NCBI RefSeq assembly: GCF_000372725.1
Contig: NW_005202368.1
Location: 356,293 to 420,292, forward strand
Direction of reading: 5' to 3'
DNA from: Emiliania huxleyi CCMP1516
Lineage: Eukaryota
DNA: 64,000 nucleotides
Shown here: positions 1-10,746 of the stretch, one piece after another
Position numbering within the stretch: position 1 is the first letter of the stretch
Layout of the letters: each line of letters starts with the position of its first letter
Notes under the pieces: model-generated
Told to the model about the DNA's origin: nothing
Seen by the model: only the letters and a program-made list of their open reading frames with translations
Databases searched by the model: none
Position numbers and translations under genes: made by a program

Positions 1-3000
1 ACTCGCCCTGCCCGTACGCGTCCGTGTACGACCCCTTGGCGCACACCGACTGCTCGGTGGAGCCGGCGGCGGCGAAGTGGCCCGGAGCGGCGTCGGTGCA
101 CTCGCTCGCGGCGGTGAGGTTTGTGGCGTTCGAGTACGACCCGGCGGAGCAAGCAAGGGGGACTTCCGCGGTCCCTCTCGGGCAATAGCGGCCAGCAACG
201 CAGGGCAGCGGCTCATAGGTCGCCTCTGTGGGGCACTGGGAGCCAGCGGGGCAGGGGCCGGCGCAGCTGCTGCTCGACTGGTCCTCGGGGTCGGCCGAGC
301 CGAGGAGGCCGGCGGCGCAGGCGAAGGGGAAGTCCTGCTCGACGGGGAGAAGCGGCAGCTGGTAGAGGCTCTTGCCGAGGAGGGAGGGATCGCCGCCGGT
401 CTCGTTGTTCCAGTTGCACGGCTGCACAAAGGTCGTGTCCTGGCAGTGCCACTCGCTTTTGACGTCGAGGGTGAGCGCGCAATGATCGCGGTGCTCGAGG
501 CAAGCCGTTTGCTTCGGTGTAGGTTTGCCGTTGACGTCGTTGCCGTAAGAGCACGCCTCCCGGTACACCTCGCAGCGCGCGTTTGGCAGCCAGCGGCCGG
601 CCGGGGCGGGGAGGGTGTAGGAGACCTCGCCAGCGAGTAGGAAGACGGAATTCCCCTGACCCTCAGCAGAGCAGCCGCTGATGAGGGTGCCGTCGCTCAG
701 GGAGGTGCGCCCACCCGCCGAGTAAAGGCCGCCGCCAGACTCTGTGGCGATGCAGTTGGAGATGGTTGAGCGGGCCAGGCTGGCTGAGCCCGACGCAACG
801 TACACTGCTCCGCCTCGCCTGGCATTGCAATCGGAGATGGTGGAGTCGGTCACGTTGAGGTCGGTGCCCCACGTGTATGTCGCTCCGCCGTCCTGCCAAG
901 GAGGCGCGACAGGCCTTGTGGAGGGGCTGCAAGCACGAGGGGAGGCGCGGCGAGGCGGGCGGTGACTCTCCTTGCCTTGTCTTGAGCCTACTCACCTCTT
1001 CATGGGCGGTGTGGAGCTGCAAGGAAGTGGCTAGCTCTACGCGGCGCACAAAGTAAGCCGAGCAGCCCGTCGCCTTCGAGCTGGTTATCGAGACCGCACC
1101 GCTCTCAAGCGCGTTGACGACGCCGCCATACTGCGGTTGCGAGGAGAGAGCGGGGTGAGGCAGCCGTGGCCCTCTCCATCGCTCGCCCCGCTGCTATGTG
1201 GTGCAGGCTGCAGGGCGGCGGCTAGCTCTAAGCGGCGCACAGTGGCAGAGCAGTTCCTCAGGGTCGAGTCGATTATCGAGACCGCACCGCTGTTCACCGC
1301 GTAGACGACGCCGCCGTACTGCGGTTGCGAGGAGAGAGTGGGATGAGGCCAGCCGTGTCCCTCTCTATCTCTCGCCCCGTGGCTGCGAGGCGCACCTCGC
1401 CAGCCCAGCAGCCAGTCACGGTCGAGCCGATTATCGAGACCGCACTGCTGTCAGACGCGTGGACGACGCCGCCGTACTGCGGTTGCGAGGAGGGAGAGCG
1501 GGATATTAGGTAGGCGTGCCCTCCCCATCTCTCGCCCTGCTGCTGTCCGGCACTGCAGGGCGGCTAGCTCTAGCGCACATAAGAAGCAGAGCAGTCTCTG
1601 ACCGTCGAGTCGATGATCTCGACGTCGCCTGCGCCTTTCGCGTTCACAGCGCCGCCCCACTGCGGTTGCGAGAAGAAAGCGGGGTGAGACTGCCGTGGTC
1701 CATCTCACGCCCCGCTGCCGTATGGCGCTACTGGAGGTGGCTAGCTCTATGCGGCGCACCCTTTCAGCCGAGCAGCCAATCACGTTCGATCTGGTTATCG
1801 AGACCGCACCGCTGTTCCACGCCCTGACGACGCCGCCGGACTGCGGTTGCGAGGAGAGAGCGGGGTGAGGCAGACGGGCCCTCTATTTCTCGCCCCGATG
1901 CCGTGCGGCGCTGCAGGGCGGGCTGCTAGCTCTGCGCGGCGCACCCGGCCAGCCAAGCAGCCCGTCACGGTCGTGTCGATGAGCGAGACCACACTGCGAT
2001 CCGCGTAGACGACGCCCCCGTGCTGCGGTTGCGAGGAGAGAGCGGGGTGAGGCAGCCGTGGTCCTCTCTCTCTCCGCTGCGACTAGCTCTACGCGGCGCA
2101 CAAAGACAGCCGAGCAATCCGTCACCTTCGGATTAGGATATGAGGTAGACGTGCCCTCTCCATCTCTCGCCCGCTGCCGTGCTGTGCTGCAGGGCGGGCT
2201 GTCAGCTCTACGCGGCGCACATCAGCAGAACAGCCCGTCACGGACGTATTCATTAGCGAGACCGCGCCGCTTTTCCTCGCGTAGATGACGCCGCCGTCCT
2301 GCGGTTGCGAGGAGAGAGCGGGGTGAGGCAGACGGGCCCTCTATTTCTCGCCCCGATGCTGTGCGGCGCTGCAGGGAGGCGGCTAGCTCTACGCGGCGCA
2401 CATCGTCAGCCAAGCAGCTCGTTACGGTCGAGCCGATTATCGAGACCGCACCTCTCTCATCCGTGTAGACTACACCGCCGTCCTGCGGTTGCGAGGAGAA
2501 AGCGGGGTGAGACTGCCGTGGCCCTCTCCATCTCACACCCCGCTGCCGTGCGACGCCTGGGAGGCGGCTAGCTCTACGCGGCGCACCTTGCCAGCCGAGC
2601 AGCCCGTCACGGCCGAGCTGGTTATCGAGACCGCACCGCTGTACCTCGCGTAGACGACGCCGCCGGACTGCGGTTGCGAGGAGATAGCGGGGTGAGGCAG
2701 CCGTGTCCCTCTCCATCTATCGCACCGCTGCCGTGCGGCGCTGCAGGGAGGCGGCTAGCTCTATGTGGCGCACCTCGCCAGCCGAGCAGCTCGTTACGGT
2801 CGAGCCGATTATCGAGACCGCATCGCTTGACCACGCGAAGACGACGGCGCCCTCCTGCGGTTGCGAAGGGCAACCGTGGCCGTATCCATCTCTCGCCCCG
2901 CCGTGTGGCGTTGCATGACGGGCGGATAGTCTCTACACCGCGCACCCGAGCCGTGCTGCGCGTCACGGTCGAGTTGATTATCGAGGCCACACCGCTCACA

Positions 3001-5036
3001 ACCACGCAGACCACGCCGCCCTTCTGCGGTTGCGAGGAGAGAGCGGGGTGAGACTGCCGTGTCCCGCATCTCTCGTCCCACTGCCGTGTGACGCCCTGGA
3101 GGCGGCTAGCTCTACGCGGCGCACATCAGCAGAGCAGCCCGTCACGTCTGAGTCGGTTATCGAGACCGCGCCGCTGCGCCTCGCGTAGACGACGCCGCCC
3201 CACTGCGGTTGCGAGGAGAGAACGGGGTGAGGCAGACGTGGCCCTCTCCATCTCACGCTGCCGTACGGCGCTGATGGAGGCGGCTAGCTCTACGCGGCGC
3301 ACTCGAGCAGAGCAGCCCGACACGGTCGAGCCGATTATCGAGACCGCACCGCTGTCATACGCCCTGACGACGCCGCCGTCCTGCGGTTGCGAGGAGAGAG
3401 CGGGGTGAGGCAGCCGTGTCCCTCTCTATCACTCGCCCCGCTGCCGTGCGGCGCTGGAGGGGTGCGGCTAGCTCTACGCGGCGCACCAAGCCAGCCGAGC
3501 ACCCCTCCACATTCGATCTGGTTATCGAGACCGCACCGCTGTCATACGCGAAGACGACGCCGCCGGACTGCGGTTGCGAGGAGAGAGCGGGGTGAGGCAG
3601 CCGTGGCCCTCTCTACCTCTCGCCCCGCTGCCGTGCGGCGCTGCAGGGCCGGCGGCTAGCTCTACGCGGCGCACCTCGCCAGCAGAGCAGTCCCTCACGA
3701 CCGACTCGATGATCTCGACGTCGCCTGCGCCGTACGCATACACAACGCCACCGTAGGCCGCAATCCCGTTGACGAGCGTCAGCCCCCGCAGGGTGAGGCT
3801 GCAGCCGCCCCAGAGTCCAAAGAGCCAGGTTTCTCCCTGGCCGTCGAGCGTCGCGCCCTCGCCGCTGGTGGCGATGGTCACCTTGATGTTGGAGGTGCAC
3901 TCGATCGGGTATTTCAGTTTGAAGTCCACACTGGGCGGCAGGTAGATTGAGACGTCGGCAGCAGCCCCAACAATCAGGGAGCGGAGATCGTCCTCGCTCG
4001 CCGCGGCGAAATCAAAGCCGGGGACGGCCGGCGGTCGTGGGGGAGCAGACGGGGGGGACGGTCGCGATGGCGGTGGCGGCGGTGATGGGATCTGATATTC
4101 AGCCGCAAGCCGAATGTAGCCGGAGTCATCAAGATGGCCGGGCCCAACTACCACCCAATACTGCTCGCCTTCGGTGAGCTGCAGTCCTGTGATGCGAGAG
4201 TAGTCTTCGTAGCATCCGCTCAGACCCTCCCCGTTGCCGTTGCATGCCACCTGCGTGAGCGTGTCGCAGCTTCCCGTGAAGATGGACAGGTCGGTGCCCC
4301 AGGCTGTGTTGGCCGCGCAGGTATGCAGATCGAGGGGAAACGTGCGCACGTCGGTGAGGCGCAGCCAGAAAACTCTGTCGGTCGCGTCTAGGTTGAATTG
4401 CGTGCCTTGGCACTGCGTTAAGTTATATCCGCCGCTTGGACCCGGGCCAGCGTCGGTTGAGGCAATGTAGACTTCGAAGGAGGCTTCACCCGCCCCACCG
4501 AAGGGTATGGCAGTCTCGCAGGTACTGCCGGGCGGTGGCGGCGACGGCGGCGACGGCGACACTGCACATGCGAGCGGGAGCAGCGCGACGAGAAGCCACG
4601 CGCCGCGGCACAACCCCGTCCGGCACCGCACGAGGCGCCCTTTGCTCCTCCGCCCCGAGGCCGCACCGAAGCGCGGCGGCCGCCACCCGCACAGCCGCAC
4701 GCCGCATGCTCCGAGCAGCAGGAGGACGGCCCACAACAGCTGCTGGGCGCGGTCAGGCGCGGACGAGGGCTCGCGCATGAAGGGACAAAAGGGGGAGGGC
4801 AGGTCGTTGGAGAGCTCCGGGTCCGCGGACGGCTTGTCGGTCTTGTTGGGTTTGCGCGAGGCAGGCGTCGTGAGGGCGAGCGTCGGGTGAAGAGCTCCAG
4901 ACCCGATGAAGAGCTCAATGACGACGTCGGTGCGGTTGCGCGTGTTGATGAACGGGTCCCCGCGGCAGGTAGGTGGGCGAGCGGCGGCGATCGAGGGCGC
5001 CGCGACGAGCATGACGGCGTGCAAGAGGGAAATCAT
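1..5036 (-). CDS. Large secreted/surface protein: signal peptide, Pro-rich linkers, parallel beta-helix (Pmp/pectin-lyase-like GGxxY) repeats, then Cys-rich GCC2/GCC3 (ephrin-receptor-like) repeats; 17 exons in window, 3' end beyond the left edge
   Basis: ATG at 5036 (MISLLHAVMLVAAPSIAAA). Exon 1 runs to 3675, then 15 small phase-0 exons (3487-3567 down to 1050-1130). A long exon from 892 reads DGGATYTWG..GGAVYV..GGGLYS..CPAGSQCPTEATYEPLPCVAGRYCPRGT..CSAGSYSNATNLTAASEC.. and stays open to position 1. Exon 1 may hide further introns. Confidence 0.8.
1030..3674 (-). repeat. Tandem array of ~155-190 bp exon+intron units
   Basis: Recurrent donor GTGCGCCGCGTAGAGCTAG and acceptor CTCTCTCCTCGCAACCGCAG on the minus strand; exons are 78 or 81 bp, one is 24 bp. 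Confidence 0.95.
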
Positions 5037-6025
5037 GGGCACTTTCAATCAAGGGCAAAAAAGAATTTTGGCGGCCACGATTGCCTCTGCAAAAAAAGAT
5101 ATTCAACGGGGCAATGCGCGATGGCAGGGACAGAAACCAAGGGGCCTGTGTTGCCGTGTCGATAATCGAACAGACCGGCGGAGAGAGACCAAGGGTGAGG
5201 GAGGGCCTGCGACTGGCACGCGCTCGGCCACTGCCGCACTGGCGCCGACGGCACTGGCCAGGGGCTGCGCGCCGCGGACCCCGGCGAGACACATCACTCG
5301 CCCGACGCCAGCCCGCAGGTGGCGGGGTCGAAGGCGTGGCCATAGGACGTAGTTTCTTCTCAATAACAAGACTGTGAATTGGTTGAAACGGGGGATCTTA
5401 GGATTAAGTTGGTGGGAGGCCGTCCGGATATCGAAACGCAAGTGAAGTGCAGTCGCATCCTAGGTCGCATACACTAGTAGTCCGGGTCATACGCATCGTC
5501 ATCCTCGTCCTCCCAGCCCCCCGTCGCGCCCTCTCCGACCCATCCACCGGCACGACTCCATCCACGACGCCTCCGCCACCGCCGCCGCGAGAGAGTGCAA
5601 ATGCGGCCTCCGCTTCCCTCCTCGGTGCCTCCACCTCTTTCCCCGGCAGAGCGGCCGCCAGGTGATTCCGCCGCGGAGACGCTGCGGCGGTAGGAGGTGC
5701 CTCCTGCAGCGAGCCCACATCTGCTGCCGCTTCCGCCGCCCCTCGCCGCGCCGTCTCCGCTCCACCGAGCCGTTCTCCGCCGCGCCTCCCTCCGCCGCCG
5801 CTTCGCAAGCTCCATCGCTGGCCGCTCCCACGCGTTGGTCCGAGCCGGCCGCTGAGGGGGGGGTACGGGTGCGTGTCACGCATGGGAGTTGCAGTCTCCC
5901 CAGGGTTCGCCCCCACTGAGGGGTAGGGGATCCCCTATCCCCCAGGGGGGAAACCCACAGTGGACGCGCGTCTGTCCAGCATATGCGTACAATGTATGAG
6001 CTCACTAGTGAGTCTATCGGTAAGC

Positions 6026-6206
6026 GTGGGTTAGCGCGGGCTAGTGCTCACTAACCCGGCACGGGTCAGCTCGGGTCAGAATGGGTTACCATAACCCGGC
6101 ACTAACCCAGCGCTAACCCGCGCAGGTGGGGGGCATACGTCAGCATGGGTTTGCGCCGGGTTAGGGGTGGGTTAGGGCCGGGTTAGTGCAGCGCACCCCA
6201 GGTTAG
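6026..6206. repeat. Cluster of degenerate CTAACCC/GGGTTAG motifs in both orientations
   Basis: ctaacccggc, ataacccggc, ctaacccag, ctaacccg, followed by gggttagggg, gggttagggc, gggttagtg. Confidence 0.5.
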
Positions 6207-6879
6207 AGCTGGTTGGCGAGATGAAACGGCTGCGGCGGCGCCCGAGCCGACCTCCGCGATGGAGCCTTGGCTGCAGAAGGCCGTGGATGACAAGCTGCTC
6301 ATTAAGAAGAACATCCGCGTGCGCAGTTCGGACGGGTCCAAGGCGATTGCTAAGGCCGTCGGCTACACGTGCGCCAAAGAGGAGGACGAGGAGGAGGAGG
6401 CGGAGGTGGAGGAGGTAGGGGAGGGGGAGGATGCGGATGCCCCCAAGGGAAAGCTCAAGGAGCTGGATGGCGATTACCGCTTTGCGCGGGAGCAGAATTG
6501 CGATCTGCGCTTGTTCGACTTCGAGACCTTCGGAGGCTTTGGAAAGGAGGTTCGCAGCACCCAGAGGGAGGCGGCGAACCAGCTGAGCAACAAACTCTTC
6601 GCATGCTCAGCACCTGGACGAGGTCACATGGACAACCAAGAATTGGCACGGCCTGCAAATGCAGCGTTTGTCGGTCGTCCTCCACACCGCTGTGGCGTGG
6701 CAGACGGTGAACGAGCTAGCGTGTGGGGAGAGCGGCATTGTGCACGGAGCTAAGTGCATTGCCGTTCTTAACGGAGTGGCTTAGGCGGCTCCGGTGGTGA
6801 GCCGGTGTGTGTGCCAGTCCGCGCCAGTCCGCGCCCTCGTCGTGCCAGTGTGCTGTGAGAGAGGCTTGTATTTTAAGAA

Positions 6880-6910
6880 TAGCACGCGCCAGTTCGCACC
6901 TGTGTCGAGC
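6880..6910 (+). repeat. Dispersed repeat core, also at 24240-24270 and 58739-58769
   Basis: Identical 31-mer TAGCACGCGCCAGTTCGCACCTGTGTCGAGC in three places; TTAGGCGGCTCCGGTGGTG is shared upstream at ~6781 and ~58705. Confidence 0.85.
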
Positions 6911-6937
6911 GGCCCGGGCGTGTTTTGTTTTTTCGCG

Positions 6938-8404
6938 ATGTCCACCCCGCCGCGCCGCCGCTCGCGCCGCCTCGCCTCCGCCGCCTCCGCCGCCGCTCCC
7001 TCGCCAGGCACGCCGCCACCCACCCGCCTCCTCGACCTCCCCAGGGAGCTCCTCGAGCGCGTCCTCTCCCGCTTCGACAGCCCCATCGACATCGCTCGCG
7101 CCGCGGCCGTCTCGCTTCTCTTTCACGCCCCGCTCGCGGAGGAGGCCATCCGCTTGTGGGCGCAAGAGCGCGGCTTCGAGCTGCCGGCGAAGCCAGAGGA
7201 TGAGAACTGCGCCGTGCGGTGGCTGTGCTTCGCTGCGTTGCTGCACGAGTCCAACCCGCCGGCGAGGGCGGCGGCAGGCGAACGGCACAGCGTCTTCATC
7301 GACGGCGAGGGGCGGCTCTCGTCGTGCGGTTCAGCGGCACCGGAGGGCGAGGAGGAGGAGGAGGACGACGACGAGGAATCTCCAGGCCTTCTCGGCCACG
7401 GCGAGGGCGTGACGCGGCTCAACACACCGACCCGCCTCCCGTCGACGTTGGGTGATGAGCGCGCCGTGAGCGTGTCGGCTGGAGCCATCCACAGCCTCGC
7501 CCTCACCGCCGACGGCGCTGTCTGGAGCTGGGGTGAGGGCTACGTTGGCCGCTTGGGCCACGGCGACCAGCAGGCTCAGTGGCAGCCCAAGAAGGTCGAG
7601 GCCTTTGCTGGGCGGCGCGTCATCGCTGTTTCGGCGGGAGGATGGCACAGCATCGCCATCACCGCCGATGGCGCCGTCTGGAGCTGGGGCGGTGGAGGTT
7701 TTGGCACGCTTGGCCACGGCGACTGGCAGGACCAGCTGCTGCCAAGGAAGGTCGAGGCCTTCACTGGGCAGCGCGTCGTCGCTGTGTCGGCTGGAGGCTT
7801 CCACAACCTCGCCATCACCGCCGATGGCGCCGTCTGGAGCTGGGGCGGTGGAGGCTTAGGCAAGCTGGGCCACGGCGACGAGCAGGACCAGCTGCTGCCC
7901 AAGAAGGTCGAGGCCTTCGCTGGGCGGCGCGTCGTCGCCGTGTCGGCTGGAGGGTACCACAGCCTCGCCCTCACCGCCGATGGCGCCGTCTGGAGCTGGG
8001 GCGTTGGAGACTCTGGCAGCTTGGGCCACGGCGACCAGCAGCGCCAGCTGCTGCCGAAGAAGGTCGAGGCCTTTGCAGGGCGGCGCGCTGTCACCGTGTC
8101 GGCGGGAGATTTGCACAGCCTCGCCATCACCGCTGACGGCTCCGTCTGGAGCTGGGGCGATGGAGCCTTTGGCAAGTTGGGCCACGGTGACTATCAGAAC
8201 CAGCTGCTGCCCAAGAAGGTCGAGGGCTTCGCTGGGCAGCGCGTCGTCGCTGTGGCAGCTGGAGATAACCACAGCCTCGCTGTCACTGCCGACGATGCTG
8301 TTTATGCTTGGGGGCTGGGCGAGGGCGGCTGCCTTGGCCACGGAGAAGACCTGTCGAACCAGCTGCCTCCCAAGAAGATCGAGGCGTGGGCGCCGGGGCA
8401 GTGA
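6938..8404 (+). CDS. F-box-like + RCC1-repeat (beta-propeller) protein, intronless
   Basis: ATG at 6938. N-terminal LLDLPRELLERVLSRF..DIARAAAVS motif, then about seven 52-aa repeats VSAGxxHSLAxTADGAVWSWGxGxxGxLGHGD..LLPKKVEAF. Confidence 0.9.
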   Translation: MSTPPRRRSRRLASAASAAAPSPGTPPPTRLLDLPRELLERVLSRFDSPIDIARAAAVSLLFHAPLAEEAIRLWAQERGFELPAKPEDENCAVRWLCFAALLHESNPPARAAAGERHSVFIDGEGRLSSCGSAAPEGEEEEEDDDEESPGLLGHGEGVTRLNTPTRLPSTLGDERAVSVSAGAIHSLALTADGAVWSWGEGYVGRLGHGDQQAQWQPKKVEAFAGRRVIAVSAGGWHSIAITADGAVWSWGGGGFGTLGHGDWQDQLLPRKVEAFTGQRVVAVSAGGFHNLAITADGAVWSWGGGGLGKLGHGDEQDQLLPKKVEAFAGRRVVAVSAGGYHSLALTADGAVWSWGVGDSGSLGHGDQQRQLLPKKVEAFAGRRAVTVSAGDLHSLAITADGSVWSWGDGAFGKLGHGDYQNQLLPKKVEGFAGQRVVAVAAGDNHSLAVTADDAVYAWGLGEGGCLGHGEDLSNQLPPKKIEAWAPGQ

Positions 8405-8527
8405 GAAGTTTTGCCCGACGTACAGGCTACAGGTCAGCCTCGAACACCACACGCACCGCCGAGCACGTCGAGCACCACGCCCGCGCCCTGGATCGCGGCG
8501 GGTTCTGAAGGCAAACTATCAGTTTTG

Positions 8528-8667
<140 letters not shown>

Positions 8668-9395
8668 TCAAAAGTTTTTTACTCCGAGTCGGCGCAGCGA
8701 CACCACAGCACAACTGCGATTTCGAAAAAAAAAATTGCTTTCGAAGAAAAACGAGCACGCATATTCTCCCCCCTCCATTCTCTCCCCCTTGGCGTGGCGC
8801 GCCTCTCCCCCAGCTCTCGGTATCGCGTACTGCACGAGGCTACCGTGGGCCCCGCCTGCGCGCTGGGGGTTCCCTGCCCTGTCGGGCAGCCTAGCTCTGA
8901 ACCTGGGGTCGCTACCTAATGCGGGGCGAATGAGTGATGAAGTTAGTGCCTTGGTGTGCCCGTTCTCCGTTATGGCTTCCCCTGGTCTCGCGACCATGAA
9001 TGAGAGCTCTCACTCCCAGGGTACTCCCGCGTATCTGGCTCCCTTATCCCCCCCCTCTTCCCCCCCCTTTCTCTCTCCGAGATGACCCGTGCTCTACGTG
9101 CCTAGGTTTGGTCTTCGGGGAGGGGGGATTGTCGGTGTGTCCTCGCGAGTTTTTCTCGCTGGACGCCCAACAGCTTCGATTTCCCTCCTTAGCGCCCCGG
9201 GTAGAGCGTGGTCTCCCCTGGAGCCTGCCACGCCCGTTCTGTCTAGGCCCAGGGTTCAGCTTTCCAGTTGATCCTTATCGGACTGGTGAGTTCCTTCTCG
9301 CTGTCAGTGTGGCGCCCCGGCAACATTGGCAGCGGTGCTACACACACTACGCCATCTTTCGTTTGAGTTTTAGGAGTGTTTTTTGTTAACAATTT

Positions 9396-9560
9396 CTACG
9401 GGCTAGCGATGCCGCAGTACATGCGCACTAGTCTGGCAGCGATAACGTCCCCGTGGCATGCTAAGGGGGCGCATGCGCACACCAGCCCCACGCGTCTGCC
9501 TCGCAACATCAGGGAGAGGACTCTTCCCAGCATCTCTTTGCGCTGTTCTCCCGTGACTGG
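9396..9560 (-). pseudogene. DUF4326-like C-terminal fragment or exon
   Basis: LRGRRVGLVCACAPLACHGDVIA resembles the DUF4326 L-x-C-x-C-x-P-x-x-C-H-G-D-V motif; the N-terminal half was not found. Confidence 0.5.
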
Positions 9561-9758
9561 GGGGTGAGAGGTGAGGGGTGGGGGGTGGGGGGTGAGGGGT
9601 GAGGGGTGAGGGGTGAGGGGTGAGGGGAGGGGGGTGAGGGGTGAGGGGTGAGGGGTGAGGGGTGAGGGGTGAGGGGGTAGAGGGAGGGGGTGAGGGGGGG
9701 AGGGGGGAGGGGAAGAGGCGGTGAGGGGTGAGGTGAGAAGTGAGGGGTGAGAGGTGAG
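9559..9758. repeat. (GGGGTGA)n tandem repeat, G-quadruplex prone; same unit at 55628-55748
   Basis: Visible directly in the sequence. Confidence 0.95.
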
Positions 9759-10712
9759 GCAAGGGTTCGGTACTATGTTGGTAGGGGAGGGGTTAGGCTG
9801 TTTGTGAGTACCCCAGGTGGGTTGAAGGGGAAGGGGAGATGCTCCTGCTTGCTCGCGCCGGGGACGGCGCAGACCTCGACGTAGAATGTCTTGGAGTGGG
9901 AGCACTCTGCACAGCCACAGGCATGGGGAGGTGAAGCAATCTTGGCCGAGCCGCCCGGGAGCGCGCGCGGCGAGCCAGCGCGCCTCGCCTGTGGGAACGG
10001 AGCTGTCGCGGGGTGCAGTCAGCCGCGCAGTGGGCGGGCGGCGTGAGCGTGCGTGTGTGTTGAGTGTCCAGCAGGTCTGCTGCACAGCATGCTGGCAGGC
10101 TGTGCAGCTCTGGTCGGATGGCGGGGCGCGTGCGCGGCGGCCGCCGCGCGCGGCGTGCCGCCGCGCGCGCCTCGCGCGCTGGAGCTGCGTCCTGCCGGGC
10201 GCGGCGCGCTCTGGTAGAGCATGGTGCCTGAAACAGTGTGCAGGCGCCTGGCAAAGGGCGTGGACTGTCAGTGGGGTTCACTGCGGCGCGCGCGTCGCGG
10301 CGTGAGTGGTCGTGCGGCTAGCTCTGATGGTGCGAGAGGCGCGTGGCTGGTGCGGGCGGCTGGCGCGGCCATGGGGTGCCAGCACAGGGCAGACGCACAT
10401 GACACAGGCTTTTGAGCGCTGCTCGTGTGTTTGCGTGCGCGCGGGGACGTACGCGCAGTTTTCACGCGGTGTGCGTGGAGAGGGGCATGAGGGGCGCCGG
10501 CCGCGCGTGTATTGGCGTGTGAGAGTGCGTGGTGCCCGAAGGCGAGGAGGGGCCCGAAGGCAGGGAGGAGTTCTCCGCCTCGCGAAACGAGACTTGAAGA
10601 AAACCTAACTACAACTGCGATTTCGGCCCGGGGGGTTGTTCTTGCTGTTTATTAAGGTGGCAGTCCGGGTTCTGTGAAGAGGGTCGCTCGTCGAATGCGA
10701 GCCAGTTCGCTC

Positions 10713-10746
<34 letters not shown>

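Noticed and set aside
1030..3674. CRISPR-like alternation of conserved repeats and variable spacers
   Set aside because: The conserved parts carry GT..AG splice signals and the variable parts are homologous in-frame exons; eukaryotic context and no cas genes.
5914..5962. Small hairpin with CACTG...CAGTG ends, MITE-like
   Set aside because: Only ~50 bp, imperfect, no TSD and no second copy in the window.
6259..6753. 164 aa plus-strand ORF
   Set aside because: The first half looks coding, but no recognisable domain or gene structure could be supported.
8930..9150. Faint resemblance to a Copia RNase H C-terminus on the minus strand (ENGHTKAL)
   Set aside because: Too few matching residues and no supporting RT, integrase or LTR.
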